A DNA stretch of 44,844 bases, filler included, from Jimgerdemannia flammicorona (Eukaryota), in the NCBI GenBank assembly GCA_003990765.1. It is 2 parts of 2 records of this genome, joined end to end, with 100 filler letters (N's around TTAATTAATTAA, not from the genome) between each part and the next. Parts side by side here need not be neighbours in the genome. Positions count along the whole stretch, not along the records: positions 1 to 22,377 come from RBNJ01001292.1; positions 22,478 to 44,844 come from RBNJ01001293.1. One strand, written 5' to 3'. Positions 12,183-22,783 of the stretch are shown here, in pieces. The notes below the pieces were generated by a model. That model saw only the letters and a list, made by a program, of their open reading frames with translations. It had not been told where the DNA came from and ran no database searches. The translations under genes and the position numbers were made by a program. The first letter of the stretch is position 1. The number at the start of each line of letters is the position of its first letter.

Positions 12183-13764
12183 ATGGAAGATCATAACCCA
12201 TTGCGCATACAAAACTGCCCTGAGGCACGTAAGCCAGCTCGTCTCGGCGTGCAGGGACAAAGCAGGTATATATATACGTTAGCTGTCTCACACGTGGTCC
12301 GAGAGTGCCTTTTGTACCCCATTAAATAAGCCACGTTAAATATAACGTTAAATATAACGATCCCTTCCATCAGTCAGGTCAAGGTGTCTTTAACATCGAC
12401 CTCACGGGCGGCCGCAGCTACTATATCGCGCACCCTCAGCATCGTGCATCGATTTGAGTTCGATGGTCGCTCCAACCGTGTCTCCTACAGCTCCGGTACA
12501 CCGCTGAGGGTGTCGGAAAACGGTTCAGCGCGGATCCGGCCGAAAGTGTCTTCGGAAAGGCGTTCGCTTTCTACCCTCGCGTCAAGATGAGCCAAACGGA
12601 ACGCGATCGGATGCAAGCAGAGGATCCGACGTCCGAGTTGGTTAATATTACAGTCATGCCAAATTTTCCTATGTCCAAGGAGATGAGAGAACAAGGGCGT
12701 GGGCCTGGTGATGAAGACACCAATAACTAAAAAAGCTACACCAACATCCACTCCGCTCTCGTTGGTCAAACTTCCGCGACCCATCCTCAGTATGACAAGG
12801 ACACAGGAATATCTCAACTTCACTCTGATTTGAAGGTCGAATACACCGTCTTCTAGCTCGACGCCGGCGGCCAATGTCCCAAACACACCATCATTACTAA
12901 GCCCAAAGGCAGTGACGAGTGCCTTATCCTCCCATCTTACATCCATTTCCTCTCCCTCACCAATCGCTACCTCGTTTTGCCAAACTACCCTTTCTCCTTT
13001 GCCTTCAACGGCCTCGGCCTCGTCTGGTCCGGCAGTCTTGCAGACGCTTTCCGTTGGGACCCCAGCAAACCCACCCTGCTCCACGCATGTAGCAACATAC
13101 GAAGCAGACGCGTACTTCGCCTTTCATACCCTTAACGCCTGGGATGATGGAGACGATGACCTATCAACATACGATGACGCCTCGATTATGTTTCGCACAA
13201 ACGACTTCCTCGAGCTCGAACCCGCAGCTAGACCAATGGCTTCCAGACACAATCCGACCGCCCAAGTTCGTCGATACCGCCTGAGAGATGTTCCAGGTGT
13301 CACCAAGTTTCAAGCCAATCGTTCCTCGTGCATGCTTCTCAAAGTCACGCCCGGGATTCCTCCACGCCCGCGCGCCGAGTACGACGTCGTCGACGAGGAC
13401 GTCGAATTAGGCCAGTATAATCAGCGATTTAGTCGGCGTCCTTACCGGGATCTCTGCGCTCAAGCCTGAGATTGGCTTGCGAAAACTCGACCTCATTTTC
13501 GGCACTTCGGTGCGATGGGAAGAGCCGGGGATGTCGGCGTCGGAGGCCATGTTCGTGCCGTGCCCGGACTCCCACGTCGCTGAGGATGAAGGGGTTGTGC
13601 TTAGTATTCTAAACGCACGGCCTATGGGAAATCGATGTATTTTAGTCGTGCTGGATGCGCACACGTTCAAAGAGATTGCAAGGGCGGGGGTTGGAGAGTT
13701 CACGGCATGCACGTTGCATGGAAGCTTTGTGGATGGGCAGGGGATAGCGATGGCGGTAAATTAA
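12183..13764 (+). pseudogene. Carotenoid oxygenase / carotenoid-cleavage dioxygenase (RPE65 family) pseudogene
   Basis: ATG at 12183 after tataaaa. Motifs in order across shifting frames: NCPEARKPARLGVQG, intron ~12267-12373, GQGVFNIDL..IAHP/LSIVHRFEFDG..VSYSS, VNITVMPNFP, HPQYDKDT, PSYIHFLSLTNRYLVLP, YFAFHTLNAWD, SEAMFVPCP..EDEGVVLS..LVVLDA..EIARA..LHGSF. Multiple frameshifts, stops and short deletions (e.g. the FDG of HxFDG is missing). Confidence 0.9.
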
Positions 13765-16038
13765 TAGGGTCATAGGTCGTGCTCGTACCCTGAGGTTATT
13801 TAATCTGCGTTGATGGCGAGTGGAAGGAGTCCACTTTAAATCAACCAAGTTGTATTATACGTTACAATAAACATTTATACTGTTCCATTTGCCGCTGCAT
13901 TGATTGTAGTTTCCCTGACTATAAGAAATAGGTTTCCTCTCTTGTCGATTAGCACGCGGAGTTTCAATGCTTGTTGGAAATGCTGATCACACAATCATAT
14001 ATTGATGTACATTTGCCGTACAATTTGATCCAATTGCCTTCAATTAGATTGGAAATGCGTGTGTCTCACAATGCATTTCGTAATACGGTATTTCATAATA
14101 ATTAAACCCCTGACACAAATCATTCCAATGATTGCTTTCTGTTCTTTTATTGCATTCACGAATACTCGTATATACCGTTATTGGCATCGTTCAGCAAGGC
14201 AGTTATCCCACGGTACAAACCATTGGTAATATATGTAGTTGGTGCCGCGGCAAACGTTACGCAACCTGTTACGAACAACTGCTTCTAATTTTTTATTTTA
14301 TTTTTATAGCTCCTCTTCAATGAAGGATCATATCCTAAAAAATACAATTAAGCTCATCGTTTCAATTTTCGTGTCTGGACCTACTGTACGAATGTTTACG
14401 TGAAGAAGTCGCGGAAAAAGAAAATGAATAAGCGCCCAATGTGATGTGGGACAAATTAAAACCTCAGGTTCGCATTTTCTATGTGGTGATTAATCTCTTC
14501 TCGACCACTTCGTAGAGTTCAACAGGTGCGATTTGCGTCGGATGCGGTCAACTCAATTTTTGAGCGAGCCGTTTGCCTCTTGTACATATGCGATCCATTC
14601 CATTTCATATTTCATATTCCCAAGTGCTTCTATTCGCCTTCCAGCATTAGTAGCTTCTATATATTTCCAAGTCATATGTTTATGTTTATTTTTTCCTTTT
14701 ACCATGATCCCGTTTGCCGGTGTCTGACCTTTCAACATGGTATTCGACCGCCATGGCAAAAGGGCCTACTATATATATAAATATATATATTTCATTGTAT
14801 AACACATGATTTCTTGAGCAAGTTTAAGGGATGTATGCAAGTGTGGATAATTTTGTTAGCGTATATTCGTTCGCTCACAATTCCATGGCATTGGGTCGAT
14901 ACCGCGATAATAGCGGCTGAGAGGACGACGACTTGCTAAACAGATCGCTTTGGGATTCATTCATTAAATGAAGTTGAGATGGGTCGTAGATAACAAGCGT
15001 GTGCATAACATTGCTGTTTCCCGACCGAAGCACGATACCTAAATCAGCCGAGAAGCGAAAAGACGAGGGAGACCTAAACATAATGAATACATCGATAACA
15101 CACTTAAACTTGTTATGCACATTCAACTCTCACAATGTATCGAGAGCCGATTAAATCGACCTACGTCATTGAGGTTTTTTCCGCGGCCATCAGAGCCTCA
15201 TAAATAAAGAAATATATTATTTACCTAAGGTAATAACTCGATTCACGGTTTCGGTGTATACCACCCTTCCAACGCTTCTCATTGAGTGGCTCGCTTGGAT
15301 CCTCTGGCTGCGGAGCGTTCCGAGCGGGAGCGAATGGCCATGCTCGACTATAAGGGGCATCAACAAAGGGAAACAAAAACAAGTTTTAGACAGCATGGCG
15401 TGCAATTGTACCCTCCGATTTTCCTTTTGTTAACGGACTAATTGATTGATAAGATTATCCATGCGATCATCTCAAATCATTGTGTTTCACGAGACAAGCC
15501 TTTCCATTCCCTATCGACGTATTGTGCTGCAAACAAGGCACTCGTCTCATACAGCTAGTCTGTTCTGATATTATAATCTTTTCTCACGGGATGACAAGTT
15601 AACTGGGAAACATGTGTACATTGTTCAGTTGAGTTGACATTATAGAGGATACGTATACTCTCAAACTCGAAAATGGAAATCATATTATTCGGCAAATGAC
15701 ACAACTCAAAAGGTCACCGCATCGGAATCCGAGATCATATGATCAACAAACTGGAATAACGAGAACAAACAAAAAGGGTAAATCATTGCATGGATTTGTC
15801 CGATATATACATACACGTTGGCAACACTGGAGTCTGTTGTCTGAATCCGCTCGTCTAGCGCGTCCGAAATCCTGTATTCTGTATTCCGTTTTCTCTTTGT
15901 TCTCTTGAACCACGCTTAAGAACGTGTGACATGAAAGTGCAACAAATAATTTTGACTGCGCATGCAATCTAAAAAAAAGAACACTTATGCGATCGACTCA
16001 TAGTGCTTCATTGTTTGGGGTACGCGTATCCCGTTGAC

Positions 16039-16094
16039 ATACAATAACCGAGCCGCCCAGTACCTAGGCTCGGTACCTAGGCTCGGTATTGTAT
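16039..16094. repeat. 56-bp hairpin with internal tandem duplication
   Basis: atacaataaccgagcc..ggctcggtattgtat are inverted arms. The middle holds two tandem copies of gtacctaggctcg. Confidence 0.7.
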
Positions 16095-16436
16095 TATCGC
16101 ATATGGTCTAGCCCTGGGTCTGATGTCACTTTAGGTCGTCGCAACAGGGACAAAAACGGTAAATGTATTGGGAACGCAATTTGGTTAGACTGCTCAAGTG
16201 GGGAAACATTCCCCAGGGTCTGGAACACTGGTCTGGGCCGTTTTCACTCTTCTGGGAGTAGTGTTGCTTCTAGAATCCAGAAACTGGTTCGTGTGTACAC
16301 AATCCTGTATATACTTAGTCCGATGCTATTGTTTCATGTCACTCCTAACCATGTTCCACTGTGTTTACAAACAATCCTGCGTTCTAGTAATCGTTGGTAG
16401 GTGCGCATGTCACGTAGGGCAACCACCGTTGTGGTC

Positions 16437-16437
<1 letters not shown>

Positions 16438-16474
<37 letters not shown>
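16438..16474. repeat. (TAT)n microsatellite, about 12 units
   Basis: Read directly. It produces the poly-Y/L/I runs in the ORF track. Confidence 0.95.
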
Positions 16475-17153
16475 GGGAAAACATGCGTGGCGCTATGTCC
16501 ATGTCCGTGCGCGTCCGCGTCCGGTTGCGGTCTGTTCCGGTGAAGGAGCCTGGGCTTATTGTCTACAAATTTGCCTAAACCGAACACTGGGACAGGCTCT
16601 CGCATCGTGAAATGTTTTAGGGTTGGTGGCCGCCAAGACAGGCTAGATAAACAAATCATTCGGGTGGGAGAACTGACATAAACGACAACGTGCGTGGGGA
16701 GGCGCCCAACTGATTTGACAATAAAAATATTATTTCCGAACATGACACGGCAGATGCCAGTACGCGGTAAGCAGGTGTAAAGCATCGTGAAGTCCCCTAT
16801 TCATACATTGCTAATAGCGAGGCGATTTTGCGAGAAACGAATGCCTAGCGTGTCCCACGTGCGTAATATATGTCCGCCGCGTTGAGCGGGTCCTTTTTCT
16901 CCAACACTGTTAGAGGCAGTACGGAAATCGGGGTGACAGCAGGTGGTCAAATGTGGATAAGCTCCGTTAAATCGGGTTGCACACATCCCAATTTCGGCCG
17001 GCGGACATGCAATCTCTCTTAATAAAATCCACCTTTCTTAGAAGCAAAACCTCTGTCCAACGCTTCCATCGTCGCTCTCCTTTTATTCGGCAGTTACAGA
17101 GACCACGTCCACACGGCCCACCCTCAAGATTTAGCGACCACCCTTCATCCCAT

Positions 17154-18474
17154 ATGGGCCAACGCCATTCCCACCCGAGCAAGAGGCTCTCCGAGTTCTT
17201 CGCCTCGTCGACGAAAACTGCGTCTGTTGACGGCTCCACTTCACCCTCCTTCAACTTCTCCGCCACGACTTCTCCGACCCCCAGCTTCCCTGAGGGTTTC
17301 CGGTGGATTGAGGGTCGCCACTTTACAGACGACACAAGCCCGGTCTACCCGATGCCGAACGACAGCGACGAGAAGGCCCGCCTCGACTCCCAGCACTACC
17401 AGATCCGGTTCGTCTTCCAGGCCAACCAAGTTGCACCCGTGCGTAAGGACCTGCGCCGTGGGGTTAAGGTGCTCGACGCAGGCTGTGGGACTGGGATCTG
17501 GGATATTGAGATGGCCAAGGACTACCCGAATAGCGAGTTTACGGGAACCGACATAACGGACGCGTTCAAATCATGGGCGGAAGTTGCACCGCCGAATGTG
17601 CGATTCCAAATCGCAAACACATTGAAACTGCCGTTTGAAGACGCGACATTTGACTATGTGTTCCAAAGGCTGCAGACGGGTAGCTTTCGCGAGAATGAGT
17701 GGCCAGTGGCGGTGAAGGAATTGCTCAGGGTGTTGAAGCCAGGAGGGTGGATAGAGTTTGGTGAGTAGAGGGTGGTTTCATATCCGGAACAGGTGGGCCA
17801 TGAGCATGGATTCCATTTCGTGACGCTAACTCTATGCGGCCTATTAGTCGATTCGGATGCATGGTGCTACAGCACGGGACCAGCTACCACGAAATTTTTC
17901 AACAACCGTATGTAGAGTAGAACACACCTTCTGATCTGATTTTTATTTGCTCTTGCCATATCCACGATCACGCTGTTGTCTCTCCAACCCTCTTGGCGAT
18001 GTGTTTCCATAATCATATCCACCTCCGCAACCTCTAGTACATAGCATGCTCGGCCTCCGCGGCATATATCCCAAATTCACCCTGAACTTCTGCGAGGCCC
18101 TCGAGGCCGCAGGACTACAAGACGTGATGCAAGACCACCGATCCATCCCCGTCGGGTGGGGCTCGCCAGAGATTGCGATGTCGTCCGCTAAGGTATGTGC
18201 GCCGATTTCCATACTTATTCTCCAGCCGACAGTGGCGCTGCCTCGAGCAAATCAAAATTCGCAAGGCCGAGACCGCCCAGCTAACTGGCCAAACCACCCA
18301 CCCTGTGAACAGAACGTTACTACCCTCATTAGCTCTATCAAGCCGCAGATGACCCATGTCCTCGGCATCAGCCCAGACGAGTACGACGAATTGTTCAAAG
18401 ACTGTGGCAAAGAGTTTGCAATACATAAGACCTATTGGAACGCTCAGTTCGCCTTTGGAAGGAAACCTTCATGA
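17154..18474 (+). CDS. Class I SAM-dependent methyltransferase (Methyltransf_11/23/25-type, LaeA-like fungal family), 4 exons, ~327 aa, apparently intact
   Basis: Exons 17154-17760, 17848-17907, 18038-18192 and 18313-18474 total 984 nt, in frame, with GT..AG introns (gtgagt/gctaac/tag; gtatgt..tag; gtatgt..cag). Motifs: YPMPNDSDEKARLDSQH, VLDAGCGTGIW (motif I), FTGTDI, LPFEDATFDYVFQR, ELLRVLKPGGWIEF, IPVGWG, AFGRKP. An upstream in-frame ATG at 17007 is possible. Confidence 0.92.
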
Positions 18475-19767
18475 GATGGGTTAATATGTAGGTGAGGAAA
18501 ACGCCGCGGACGGGTCGTCGTCAGCCCATCACCCGCCATAACAACGATTTTTAATGAACACGCGGCGCGTTGCGGCATTATGTTGGGTCGCGTCAGTGTC
18601 TTCGCGCGACGAGCTAAATGGTGGTTTTTCTCTGAAAATTTTCTCCCTAAGCTTGAGTTTTATATCGGGGTTTATTTTATGGTGTTGGTGCATGGTGTTC
18701 CATGTCATAAAATTGCCACATGATTATTATACCCAATATATAGATAATACTTAAAATGTACATTACTCATCCTATTTTTTCAATCGTGCTATTTGCACCA
18801 ATAACGCTGCTTCATTTTCGGACCCTGGCTTTGGCAATCGACCCAATGGTTTGACCTGACCTGAATCCGTTAGATCACTCAGCCACGCCGATTTACAAAC
18901 ACGGCATTACCGCGTGACTAGATCGTTTCAAGCTGGACAGGGAGAACGTGGCCGGTTCACTTTTCGGCAAACCAGCCTTTAAACGTGTTTTACGTGGCAG
19001 GCGCCGTTTGTGATAAATTTTCAAGCAGTACGCTAGTTGATTGCGCAAATGAGACCCAATGGGTTAGTGAATTTCCCGGACGGACAGGTCTCGTGGTTAC
19101 TCAGATTGAGTTGAATATTCTTGAAAAGGCCACCCGCATTAAAGATGTCCCTGCATGATATGAACAAACGCCATCAATACGATGGGACTGATATCAAGCT
19201 TTTTAATCGTGCTTTGTCATTCAATTAACAGATGAGACTTTGTTAATGAAGCGCGATGAATAAAAATTGGCTGCAAAATATCTAAGGATTGCATTACATA
19301 TGGAGTCAACGACGTCGAACAAATTTTTACCGGTACGTAGCGCAGCCAAGTTTTACTCTTCCGTCACCCAATAGCGTCGCAGTCAAATAATCCTCCTCGA
19401 ATTTTTCCCAAGGTTCTGTGGTGCACTCACACGTGTAATGGTAGCGTTGGCGAATATTGGCGCCATTGAAGTATGACGGATAACAGTTGTACTACGCGTG
19501 TTTATATTCAATCTCTGCTGTTGTCAGGGAAACGTTTGAAAAAACGCCACTTTACCTTTTCTGAAGTGTACTACCTGCATTTACAGAGCCGTGATACAAC
19601 CAATCAATAGGTTTAAAGTTTAAAAGATTGCGAAAAGGAGTCAGTTTCTGCTGTGCAAGTTATGTCCTACAAGACGCCGTTTGCACATGCTGTTCTTCAT
19701 AGTTTTCATACTCAAGGATGGCAAAATGGTATAGGTTCTCGAAGCCAGTAAACAATATTAAATCTTC

Positions 19768-19805
19768 AAAAAAAAAAAAAAAGAAAGAAAGAAAGAAAAA
19801 GAAAA
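19768..19805. repeat. Poly-A/(AAAG)n simple repeat
   Basis: An A run followed by gaaa units, read directly. Confidence 0.85.
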
Positions 19806-20711
19806 GGAGTTAAAATAATACATAATATAGTCGAAGACGGTGAAAATATGTCTTTTTGTTTGTCACTTTTATGTGTTTGTGTGTCGTTCGCTCATATAAA
19901 TAGATCCCATTTCACCAAAGCACCTCATTGTGGGACAGGTTTTGTCGAAAAGAAAACATATAAAATAAAACCCCCCCTTGGGGATTCTTCTTCATCATGC
20001 TACACTACTGCATACATCAGAAGACAAGATGTCAATGAAAATGTGTTTTCCTCCCAAATAAAATATCATAGATATAAAGACTGTAATACTGTAATAATCA
20101 GATTATAATAATATAATATATAATTAATGCTGTTATTCTGAAATAAACCTTTATTGTTTACGTAGATAAAAGAATATAATTTACAAGCAGTGTTCTCAAA
20201 CAAATCAAATCGTGAAAATTCTTACTGGATAATGAGTGTAGATCACGGATTGCTTAATACATTGTTTAATGTTGCAAAATCAACCAATCTCTAAATCAGC
20301 CACACCTTTGATGGTGAGAAATCGCACCACCATTGTGGAGTTACTGAGCCGATTGCGCCGAAAAAAAAGAAAAAAAGAAAGGGTTGTGTACCCCTGGTCC
20401 CAAAATCCGATCAGTAGAAAGAAAGGATTCGGTACATCCCATAAATTCGATACACACGTTTCCCTGATCAATATTTTGCTCAAAAACGGCCTGCCAGCAA
20501 AACGTGCCTTGTTTCGGTTCTGAGATTCGTGGTTTGCGCTGCCAACGTAACTACCAATTTGACAGCCTTCTCGATTGAGTGACTTTGTGTAATAAGGGAG
20601 GTTAGGGCATTGTCAATTTTGCATTGAGCAAATTTTTCCGAATGTATGGGTCGCGCCACCTTGATTGGTTAACGAATCGGGGTTAAGACGCTTCGATTTA
20701 CGGGGTCGGGT

Positions 20712-20798
20712 CTAAGCATCGCTTGGTTCCGGACCGTTTCAGAGTTGGTTTCTGCCATCCTGAAAGCGTTGGCGTGCTTTATTTGTCTTAAAAATGGT
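20712..20798. repeat. Dispersed repeat, copy 2 (longer version of 6320-6394)
   Basis: Matches 6320-6394, with an extra ~11 nt (agagttggttt) between two tttc motifs. Confidence 0.9.
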
Positions 20799-20939
20799 TC
20801 TCCGTCGTACTGATGACCGCGAGGCGAAACAGAAAATACGGAAGTCCAACACTAATAGAATAAAAAGGAAATTCTGGGCGTCCAGCCGGCCGAGTATCAC
20901 GGCTTCTTCTAGTGTGGTAAGGAACAACAAAAAAAAAAG

Positions 20940-21140
20940 TGCAAGTCAGGCCTTGTGGTGACCAGTATTACCAAGAGCATCACCCAAAACAACTTACACT
21001 TGGTTCCAGTATAACAAAGAGCAGCACCCAAGGTATCAAATGCAAACTGGGCCTTGTGGCCACCAGTACGACCAAGAGCATCACCCAAGACAAGTGACTC
21101 AGCTCCAATTTACTGATGAGCTGTACACAAGATATCAAGC
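20940..21140. repeat. Degenerate tandem repeat (~100-bp dimer built from ~45-50 bp subunits)
   Basis: tgcaa..ggccttgtgg..accagta..accaagagcatcacccaa occurs at ~20940 and ~21041. The core ccagta..aagagca.cacccaa occurs three times, plus a fourth decayed unit. Confidence 0.75.
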
Positions 21141-21179
21141 TTAAGAGTTCCACTAGTGGGGGACTTTATTGGAATAAGG

Positions 21180-21799
21180 GTTTGTAGATGAATAAGAGTA
21201 TTGGATAGTGGTATTTGAAAATAATAATAAGGATTTTAAAGTGAAATAAATCTTTTTTTTTATTTTTTTTATTCTATAATAAGTATAGTTTATAATATTC
21301 ATTATTGTCAAATTAATTCTATAGCTTGAGTTAGATATTAATAGATAGTATTAATTATTACTAACTAATATCTCTTAGAGTAGCTCTATTAAACAAAGTT
21401 TAGAAGATATAAGAATATAGCTTTTAAGTCTTCAAGATCACTAGTTATAGTAAATTTGAATTCAGAAATCATATAAATAACAATGATACTTAGTCAATTT
21501 AAAGTTATATAATATAGAACCAAATTTAAGAAATAATAATACTTAGTAAATAAATATAAAGCTAAGTTAAGAATAAGTTATAAGAATTTATAACTGATAT
21601 TACAGAATCTTACTAATTAAGAATCAAGTATTATATAAATTATTCTAAATTGAAGAATTATAATAAAAATCAAAATTAGTATAAATAGATCTATAATATA
21701 TATAAATATATTCTCAATTATCTATAACTATATCTACTCTAATATCTGATAAGCAATTATTAATCTACTACTAAATATAAAATCTTAGAAAATATATAT
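21180..21799. mobile_element. Extremely AT-rich, CpG-free relic of an unidentifiable repeat
   Basis: No CpG seen, TpA-rich, T-tract at ~21253-21270. The texture matches the other decayed TEs here. No readable domain. Confidence 0.45.
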
Positions 21800-22377
21800 T
21801 GTGGCGTTGGTTATGTATAATGAACTTCGACTTCACGGCTCAATGTATGCTACTGGGTGAAGCGCGCGATGTATAACTGAGTGCGTGGGTGACGTTCGCG
21901 GCGGTTGCGGGTCGATGGTCACGTGATCGGCTCGTTCGATTCGTGCGGTATTTGATAACAGGTCGTTCGACGATGGTGGCTCAATTGTTTAGTGGAAAAG
22001 GGTGTTGTTGCTAACAGAGGGCGGTTACTCGGGTGTGCTGGCGGCGATAAACTTTGACGGCGAACTTGAATTTATGCAGCAACGACGGGCTTGCTCTTTA
22101 TGCGGTCAATTAAAGCGGGCGACGGTCTTGACTTTAAGCGGTTCGTGGCGCAGTAGGGAATCGTTCGGGTCAACGGTTCGGTCGAACGTTCGTTCTTAAC
22201 TTGAGGGCGGGTCCCTGGGGTCCTTGGCGGTTGTTCTTGCTAGCTGGCGGGTCTTGTACTGGTATCCTTGAGTTCCTTGGCTTTTCGGGGACTTGAATCT
22301 CGAATGGCGGCGAATGGCGGTCTCGAATGGCGGCGATTCTTGAATCCTTGGCTGGGTAACTTGGGTTTCTGGGTCTT
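21800..22377. mobile_element. Young, CpG-rich LTR-like segment running into the assembly gap
   Basis: Abrupt switch from the AT-rich relic to CpG-dense sequence starting TGTGGCG. Internal short tandem repeats (tctcgaatggcggcga). Non-coding and ends at the contig break. Confidence 0.45.
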
Positions 22378-22477
22378 NNNNNNNNNNNNNNNNNNNNNNN
22401 NNNNNNNNNNNNNNNNNNNNNTTAATTAATTAANNNNNNNNNNNNNNNNNNNNNNNNNNNNNNNNNNNNNNNNNNNN
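22378..22477. other. Artificial assembly spacer (44 N + TTAATTAATTAA + 44 N = 100 nt)
   Basis: TTAATTAATTAA gives stops in all six frames and is a known contig-joining linker. The N padding is symmetric and the total is exactly 100 nt. Confidence 0.95.
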
Positions 22478-22783
22478 CACCCACTAGCCCATTTCCGAGC
22501 ACCATAGTCTCACACTTATGCCAGTTGAGCTTCACCCCTGAGTGCACCTCATACCATTCCACTGTCTCCTTGAGAGCCTCAACATCTGCCACAGACCCAA
22601 GTCCGACCACCATATCATCAGCAAAGGCCCCCACCTTCTCCTCTATACCATAAATAGAGAGCCCTGCCACCTTCCGGCGAATCCTATCCATCAATGGCTC
22701 TAACGAAAGGGCATAGAGAATAGGGGACAGAGGGTCCCCCTGAGGAACTCCTCTATCCAGGGAGAATGCCACCCCAGAGTACT
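22478..22783 (-). mobile_element. LINE reverse-transcriptase fragment (same family as 24237-30127)
   Basis: GVPQGDPLSPILY..AFADDM..SGVKLNWHKCE in an open frame, closely similar to 25735-26030. Confidence 0.92.

Noticed and set aside
12485..13084. 199-aa minus-strand ORF
   Set aside because: Antisense shadow of the carotenoid oxygenase pseudogene.
16198..16785. Overlapping ORFs with poly-Tyr, poly-Leu or poly-Ile runs
   Set aside because: Products of the (TAT)n microsatellite, with no other coding support.
18780..19500. Short open frames downstream of the methyltransferase
   Set aside because: No recognisable motifs or consistent splice structure. Treated as intergenic.
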